From the NCBI GenBank assembly GCA_964549615.1, contig CAZJVP010000051.1, forward strand, positions 88,485 to 152,484: a DNA stretch of 64,000 nucleotides, written 5' to 3'. Within the stretch, counting starts at the first letter, position 1; each line of letters starts with the position of its first letter. The notes under the pieces are model-generated. The model made no database searches. It was not told the origin of the DNA and worked only from the letters and a program-made list of their open reading frames with translations. Both the position numbers and the translations under genes were made by a program. Origin of the DNA: an uncultured Thermococci archaeon. GTDB taxonomy: Archaea > CAYQAE01 > CAYVLA01. Positions 58,110 to 64,000 of the stretch are shown here, piece by piece.

Positions 58110-58356
58110 CATTAGGCCTCCAGGAAGAGAGGGGACATGTGGGACCTGTCTTCTACCCTTTTTGCTGGCATCTGGTAGAATGGCCGCCCCGGTTTGAAGT
58201 TCGCAACGAGGTATGCATACCCACCCTTTGCGCGCTTCTTGCATGGGCATGCCAAACGCCGTCTGCGGCCTGCGGCCCCGGTTCCGGCGAATTTCGGGAT
58301 GATCGGGGCAAGCAGTTTTTAGGTGGCATCTTGCGTGTCTTGGCGAGGTCGATGCG

Positions 58357-61161
58357 GTGTCACGCAAGTACGAGATGCATGTCATTCCCAATACCCACTG
58401 GGACCGAGAGTGGCTGTACGACTTCCAGGAAACTAGGATGCAGCTCATAGAACTGTTCGACGGCCTTCTGGAGATTCTCGACTCCGAGCCCGAGTACAAG
58501 TCGTTCCTCCTGGACTCGCAGGTGGCACCTGTGGAGGACTACCTTGAGGTGAGGCCTGAAAACAGGCAAAGGATCGCGAAGCACGTGTCTGCAGGCAGGC
58601 TGCTCATAGGGCCCTGGTACACATGCCCCGAGGAGTTCAACGTGAACGGCGAATCGCTGATTCGCAACCTGTTCTTCGGCCACAAGGTCGCCAAGTCCTT
58701 CGGACGCGTCATGAAGGTCGGGTACAGCCCCTTCTCGTACGGGCAAACGTCCCAGATAGCCCAGATATACGCTGGCTTCGGGATCGATTCCATACTTTTC
58801 TACCACGGCGTCACGCTGGATGAGGTCCCGTCGGAGTTCATCCTCGAAGGTGCCGATGGTACCCGGCTTCTCGGCACGAGGATGGGGTCCTTTGCGAGAT
58901 ACAACTTCTTCTTCGACGTCTACCGGCCTGCCGTATACGGCAAGACGACGTTGGAGAGGGAGTACATGTGGAAGGAAGGAGGACTGCCCTTCCATCTCTG
59001 TGGACCTCAGGACTACCCAAGCCACTACTTCTTCTTGGATCCGGTGAAGGGCTTGGACGAGAAAAAGCTCTCGGCCGGGCTTTCCAACCTAAGGAAGAAG
59101 GAGATCGCTGCCTGCTCAACGAGCGTTTTCGCCTACATGCTCGGTCACGACAGTTACGGCCCGGATCGCCTAGAACTGGAGTTGGTCAGGAGGGCCAAGT
59201 CCATGGTCTCGCCGGACGAGATCTTCATGTCGAGCCTTGAGCACTACATCGCAAGGCTGAGGGCGGAAGCCAAGGATCTGAAGGTGCTGAAGGGGGAAAG
59301 GCGCACCCCGCGCCTGATCGGGCGTGCCGCTTACCTTTACCACGAAGTGACCTCGAGCAGGACGAGGATCAAGTTGGCGAATGCTAGGGCTGAAAATCAA
59401 CTTCAGCGTTGGGCGGAACCATTTGCGAGCTTCGCCTACCTTCTGGGCAGCCCATATCCGTCCGCGCTTCTGGACATTGCCTGGAGGTATCTTCTGAGAT
59501 GCCATCCGCATGACAGCATCGCCGGCACCGGGGTCGATCAGATAGAGAAGGACATGTCCTACCGCCTCGACCAGGTGGTGAACATCTCACGGGGCGTGAC
59601 GAGGAGGGCGATGCAACAGCTCCAGCTTCTAATAGACAACTCGGCACTTTCACCGGACGAAGTCGCGCTCACGGTGTTCAATCCGCTGCCATACGAAAGG
59701 ACCGAGGTCGTCACGGCTTACGTCGATCTGCCGTTGGATTGCAACTACCAGTCGTTCTCGATCCGCGATGCCGAGACGGGCGAGAGGGTGCCGTACCAGT
59801 GCTTCTCCCGGGCGAAGGCCAACCCCGTGCTCAGACAGCTGAACGATGCCACCGTCCAGATGCCGTCAGAAAAGGTAGGGCTTCATTTTCTCGCGGCCGG
59901 GGTTCCGGGTATCGGCTACAAGACCTTCGTGTTGAGGCACGAGAAGGCCGAGCCAATTTCGGAGCCATCCATGGTCAAGGGCCAGCAAGCGATGGAGAAC
60001 GAGAATCTGCGCGTGGAGGTCGAGGCCGATGGGACGCTCCGTGTGACCGACAAGTCGTCGGGACGGACCTACGGCGGCCTGAACATCTTCGTGGACGACG
60101 GCGAGGCAGGCATGGCGTGGAGGCACATTCCCCCGGCTTTCGATCGGGTGGTGACCAGCCGCGGCTCACTTCGGGGGGTGTCCGTCGTAGAGAGCGGGCC
60201 GTTGCTCTCAAGTCTCAGGATCGATTTGACGATGCGGATTCCGCTGCATCTTGACGAGGCCGGATCCGACGAGGTAAAGAGGCTTGACGGCGACGGCGAC
60301 AAGGCCCGCAGAAGCGATGAGGAGAAGGAGATGGAGATCTCCTCGCTGGTAATCCTTCGACGAGGGGCAAGATGGGTGGAGATCGTCACGAAGTTCGACA
60401 ACCAGTGCCGCGACCATAGGCTCAGGGTCGGATTCCCCTCCAGGATCCCTGCGGAGAAATGCCACGCCGAGAGCGCGTTGGACGTCGTGGAGAGGGAGAT
60501 AGAGCGCGGTCCGGACAGCCCCTGGGTGGGGCCGTGGAATACGTGTTCCCCGCAGCAGCGGTTCGTGGACGTGTCGGATGGCGGGTTCGGGCTCGCGATC
60601 TTGAACGAGGGCTTGCGGGAGTACGAGGTCTCGGAGGACAGCTCGAGGACTATCTTCCTTACTCTGATGCGGGCCTACGAGGTGGCTCTGAGTACCGTCG
60701 CTTGGAAGTGGGAGAGACATCCCGAGATGGGCCTCTCGCAGTGCCCGGGGCTGCACGAGTTCAGGTACGCGATCATGCCGCACTCTGGGACCTGGAAGGA
60801 TGCCAGAGTCGGCGTTGAGGCGGAGAAGCTGAACCTGCCGATGCTCGCGGCTCAGGTCGGAAAGCACGGTGGGCCGCTGCCGCGCCGGTTGGGCCTCTTG
60901 GAGATATCCCCCGAGACGGTGATGCTCAGCGCGGTCAAGAGGGCCGAGGACGGAGAGGGCCTGATCATTAGGATCTTCAATCCCAGCTCGGATTCCCTCG
61001 AGGCGGAGCTTAAGCTTCCCTACCGCCTGAAGTCGGCCTGGATGACGGACCTTGAGGAGAAGCCCCTAAAGGAGATATCCCGCTCGGCCAATGCCGTGAG
61101 GGTCGGGTTGGCACCCAAGAAGGTGGTGACCCTCAAGGTGGCGTGCGAAATGCCTGGATGA
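58357..61161 (+). CDS. Glycoside hydrolase family 38, atypical active site
   Basis: THWDREW, IGPWY, GESLIRNL, HDSIAG, LTLMR; PFSYG motif. Confidence 0.92.
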   Translation: MSRKYEMHVIPNTHWDREWLYDFQETRMQLIELFDGLLEILDSEPEYKSFLLDSQVAPVEDYLEVRPENRQRIAKHVSAGRLLIGPWYTCPEEFNVNGESLIRNLFFGHKVAKSFGRVMKVGYSPFSYGQTSQIAQIYAGFGIDSILFYHGVTLDEVPSEFILEGADGTRLLGTRMGSFARYNFFFDVYRPAVYGKTTLEREYMWKEGGLPFHLCGPQDYPSHYFFLDPVKGLDEKKLSAGLSNLRKKEIAACSTSVFAYMLGHDSYGPDRLELELVRRAKSMVSPDEIFMSSLEHYIARLRAEAKDLKVLKGERRTPRLIGRAAYLYHEVTSSRTRIKLANARAENQLQRWAEPFASFAYLLGSPYPSALLDIAWRYLLRCHPHDSIAGTGVDQIEKDMSYRLDQVVNISRGVTRRAMQQLQLLIDNSALSPDEVALTVFNPLPYERTEVVTAYVDLPLDCNYQSFSIRDAETGERVPYQCFSRAKANPVLRQLNDATVQMPSEKVGLHFLAAGVPGIGYKTFVLRHEKAEPISEPSMVKGQQAMENENLRVEVEADGTLRVTDKSSGRTYGGLNIFVDDGEAGMAWRHIPPAFDRVVTSRGSLRGVSVVESGPLLSSLRIDLTMRIPLHLDEAGSDEVKRLDGDGDKARRSDEEKEMEISSLVILRRGARWVEIVTKFDNQCRDHRLRVGFPSRIPAEKCHAESALDVVEREIERGPDSPWVGPWNTCSPQQRFVDVSDGGFGLAILNEGLREYEVSEDSSRTIFLTLMRAYEVALSTVAWKWERHPEMGLSQCPGLHEFRYAIMPHSGTWKDARVGVEAEKLNLPMLAAQVGKHGGPLPRRLGLLEISPETVMLSAVKRAEDGEGLIIRIFNPSSDSLEAELKLPYRLKSAWMTDLEEKPLKEISRSANAVRVGLAPKKVVTLKVACEMPG

Positions 61162-61185
61162 GAGGGCGAAAGAGGCTAGCAAGGC

Positions 61186-62373
61186 TCAGAGGGCGTCGGC
61201 CAGCTCTACCCCTAGCCGGAAGCATCTGTCGAGGGCTTCCTTGTCGGGATGCCAGTTGCACTGGAGTTCGGGCACGGCCACGTTGATGCCGGACTGCGTC
61301 AAGGCATCCCTGATCACCTTCGTTGCCCCGCCTCCCCAACCATAGCAGCCGAACGCGGCGCCGACGCGTGCTTTGAACTTCAGCCCTCTTAGCTCCGAGA
61401 GCAGCTCCGCGACCTGGGGCAAGACGCCATTGTTGAGGGTGGATGAGCCTATCGCCACGGCCTTGGCCTCAAGTATCTCCGATATCACCTCTGACCTGTC
61501 GTTCCGTGACAGCATGAACAGCTTGGTCGGGATCCCCTTGCTCTGCAGCCCTTCGGCTATGCGCCTTGCCATCGCGTCGGTTCCGCCCCACATGGACTCG
61601 TAGGCCACTACGGCCGACCGCGGGATGGCCTCGCCGCTAGCCCATCTCTTGTAGGCCTCAATGATCCTGCCGGGATCCTTGCGCCATACGACCCCGTGGC
61701 TGGGAGCGATGGTCTTAATCCGGATGCCTTGGCCCTGCACTTCCGCAATCTTCCTAGCCACCAGCGCGCCGAAGGGGGTCAGTATGTTCGCGTAGTATTT
61801 CCTGGCCTCCCTCATGAGCGAGCATTGGTCCACCTCGTCGTCGAAGCGGCCGCTGCTGGCCAGATGTTGGCCGAAGGCGTCGTTGGGGAGGAGGAGCTCC
61901 AGTTCGGGGATGTAAGTGAACATAGAATCCGGCCAGTGGAGCATTGGCGCCTCGATGAACTCCAGGGTCCGTTTGCCAAGGGATATCCGGTCTCCGGTCG
62001 CAACGGTTCGAAAGCGCCAGTCCGCATGGAACAGCCCGCGCAAGGATTTCTCCCCGTTCTTCGTGCACACGACCTCCGCCTTCTTGGCAGCCTCCAGAAT
62101 CTTTGGGATGCTGCCCGAGTGATCGGGCTCCCCGTGGTTTGCCACCACGTACTGTATTTTGGATGGGCTAACGAGTTCCGATATCCTTTCGATGAGCTCG
62201 TCCCCGAATGCGGCATGGACGGTGTCGATCAGCGCGATCTTCTCGTCCATGACGAGATACGCGTTGTATGTCGTTCCCTCGAAGGTGGAGTGATGGGCTC
62301 CGTGGAATTTCCTAACGTTCCAGTCGACGGCACCCACCCAGAATACGCCCGGAGCGATCTCAGTTGCTGCCAA
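61186..62373 (-). CDS. fprA: Flavodiiron protein (FprA/rubredoxin:oxygen or NO oxidoreductase)
   Basis: GTTYNAY, H.EPDHSG, HWPDSM, NDAFGQH, PSHG, flavodoxin YESMWGGT and FGCYGWGG. Confidence 0.95.
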   Translation of the reverse strand: MAATEIAPGVFWVGAVDWNVRKFHGAHHSTFEGTTYNAYLVMDEKIALIDTVHAAFGDELIERISELVSPSKIQYVVANHGEPDHSGSIPKILEAAKKAEVVCTKNGEKSLRGLFHADWRFRTVATGDRISLGKRTLEFIEAPMLHWPDSMFTYIPELELLLPNDAFGQHLASSGRFDDEVDQCSLMREARKYYANILTPFGALVARKIAEVQGQGIRIKTIAPSHGVVWRKDPGRIIEAYKRWASGEAIPRSAVVAYESMWGGTDAMARRIAEGLQSKGIPTKLFMLSRNDRSEVISEILEAKAVAIGSSTLNNGVLPQVAELLSELRGLKFKARVGAAFGCYGWGGGATKVIRDALTQSGINVAVPELQCNWHPDKEALDRCFRLGVELADAL

Positions 62374-62546
62374 GCCATGTCCTCTCCGGCGGGAAACCGA
62401 CCGATCTAGTTATAGATTTGAGCTTTCGCCCGAGGCCGGGCCACATCTCGTCAAATCAGATAGGCTGGAGCCTCGGTGGGGGTGGGGATTGGGTCGAGCC
62501 CCTCCTATGGTCGCAGGTACGGCAGGGAAATATTGGAAACGATTCA

Positions 62547-62554
62547 TTTATATA
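62547..62554 (+). promoter_or_regulatory. TATA box in fprA/tfb divergent intergenic region
   Basis: TTTATATA preceded by purine-rich BRE-like GGAAAC; small IR ACTAT-N5-ATAGT at 62566-62580. Confidence 0.6.
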
Positions 62555-62670
62555 GACTGACCAAAACTATATATCATAGTCGAGGCGCTCGAAACCTGAC
62601 CCTGAGACAAAGGTTGACGTTCGTAATCGCCTAGTTCTCGTCTCAGCGCCTGGGCCCGGAGGAGTCTTCA

Positions 62671-63600
62671 ATGGCATCGACCATTGCAGAGGAGATAGAG
62701 ACCCGACCGCAGTGTCCTGAATGCGGGTCTACCAGGCGGTTTAGCGACCCTGGAAGGGGCGAGATCGTCTGCGGTGACTGTGGGCTTGTTCTGGAGGAGG
62801 GGATGCTCGAGACTGGTCCGGAGTGGAGGGCGTTCGACGCCGAGGCCATAAACCGCAGGCAGAGAACTGGCGCCCCCTCGACGCTGAGGTTCCACGACAA
62901 GGGACTGTCCACGATAATCGATCCGAGGGACTACGACGCAGGTGGATCTCCGCTGAAGCCGGAGATGGCAAGGAATATGGACAGGCTGAGGAAGTGGGAC
63001 GCCAGGTCTCGGACCTCAGAATCCAAGGACCGCAACCTCGCGATAGCTCTCTTCGAGATGGACAGGATGGGGGGGCAACTCGGCATGCCGAAGAACGTAA
63101 TAGAGTCGGCAGCCTTGCTCTACCGGAAGGCCCTTGACAAGGAGATCCCGAAGAGCCGGTCCATTGTCCTTACAGTGGCCGCGTGCCTATATCTCGCAGC
63201 CAGGCAGTTTGGATTGCCGAGGACACTGGAGGAGCTTGCCGAGGTCTCCGGCGCTGAGCGTAGGAAGGAGGTCGGAGGGGTAGTAAGAATCCTGCAGCGC
63301 GACCTGGGCCTGCGGCTGCCGCCATCTACCCCGCTTGACTACGTGAGGCAGCTGGCTTCCAGGCTCAACTTACCGGGCGAGGTTCAGGAGGATGCAGCGC
63401 GAATCCTGCGAGCCGCAATAGCCGCGGGCGTCACCTCTGGGAAGAACCCAATAGGGATTGCAGGGGCAGCGATCTATCTGGCTTCCGTGAGGGCTGGAAT
63501 GAAGGTCAACCAGAGCGAGGTAGCAGCGGCATCCGGGACAACGCCGGTGACGATCAGGAACAACTGCAGGGACCTTGAGGAGATCATGCCCGTCGAGTAG
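62671..63600 (+). CDS. tfb: Transcription initiation factor IIB
   Basis: Zn ribbon CPECG..CGDCG, GPEWRAF, two cyclin repeats (PRTL.E, GKNP.G, T.VTIRN). Confidence 0.96.
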   Translation: MASTIAEEIETRPQCPECGSTRRFSDPGRGEIVCGDCGLVLEEGMLETGPEWRAFDAEAINRRQRTGAPSTLRFHDKGLSTIIDPRDYDAGGSPLKPEMARNMDRLRKWDARSRTSESKDRNLAIALFEMDRMGGQLGMPKNVIESAALLYRKALDKEIPKSRSIVLTVAACLYLAARQFGLPRTLEELAEVSGAERRKEVGGVVRILQRDLGLRLPPSTPLDYVRQLASRLNLPGEVQEDAARILRAAIAAGVTSGKNPIGIAGAAIYLASVRAGMKVNQSEVAAASGTTPVTIRNNCRDLEEIMPVE

Positions 63601-63642
63601 CGGGCCTCGTACGTGCTTCCTTCGTTTCGACGATTCGTCGGC

Positions 63643-64000
63643 CTAGAACTTCCTGTAGGGCCGCACGGCCGCGTCTATGGCTTGTTCGAGCTTGTCCACC
63701 AGCGGGGCGTAGTCGAACTTCATCATTCGGGTGACTGGCTTTATCTTCACGCCCTTTCGAGCGAGGTAGCTCTTCCCCACGAGCGCGGAATCCATCCCGT
63801 CCCAGACCTCCAGCGTCTTGTTCACCAAGAACTGCGCCTTTGCCGCCCTTGCCAGGTCCCCGCTCATGAAGAAGTCAAAAATGGCGCGCAGCAGCTCCGG
63901 GTAGGTGTTGCAGCCCTCCCCTATCACGCCGCCAGCACCGAGGGCGAGGCTTGGCAAGAACGCGGTTTCCGCGCCGCAGACCATTGTGAAATCCTTGTCG
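63643..64000 (-). CDS. DapA-family aldolase, C-terminal part (truncated by window)
   Basis: G.E....P.LALGAGG.I....N..PE, GD...A...Q pattern. Confidence 0.7.
   Translation of the reverse strand, partial: DKDFTMVCGAETAFLPSLALGAGGVIGEGCNTYPELLRAIFDFFMSGDLARAAKAQFLVNKTLEVWDGMDSALVGKSYLARKGVKIKPVTRMMKFDYAPLVDKLEQAIDAAVRPYRKF

Overview
GC-rich archaeal chromosome segment. The gatDE pair, TFB, Sec11-type signal peptidase, TATA-box promoters and a tRNA without encoded CCA point to an archaeon; the corrinoid protein and rich carbohydrate-enzyme content would fit an anaerobic heterotroph, but the taxon cannot be fixed from sequence alone. The left ~22.9 kb, downstream of a tRNA-Thr(GGT) 3' end, is an accessory region. 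It holds a diverged ~1.1-kb direct duplication (Fpg/Nei 5' part, HIT, membrane gene) whose truncated ends both face a ~4.4-kb cargo with a decayed IS91-family Y2 transposase, which is the geometry of single-crossover integration of a circle. It also holds three paralogous GATase1-like membrane-anchored surface proteins, two PIN-toxin modules (one with an unusual Cas2/VapD-like partner), an orphan AbiEi-like gene, a beta-helix protein and two short tandem repeats. The right part has housekeeping genes (truA, TraB family, NDP-sugar pyrophosphorylase, degenerate phosphomutase, cimA, gatDE, tfb, fprA) and a carbohydrate/surface-protein region (GH2, two GH38-like enzymes that both lack the canonical nucleophile Asp, esterases, oxidoreductases, FG-GAP proteins). 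All family calls come from motifs read by eye; no database searches were run.
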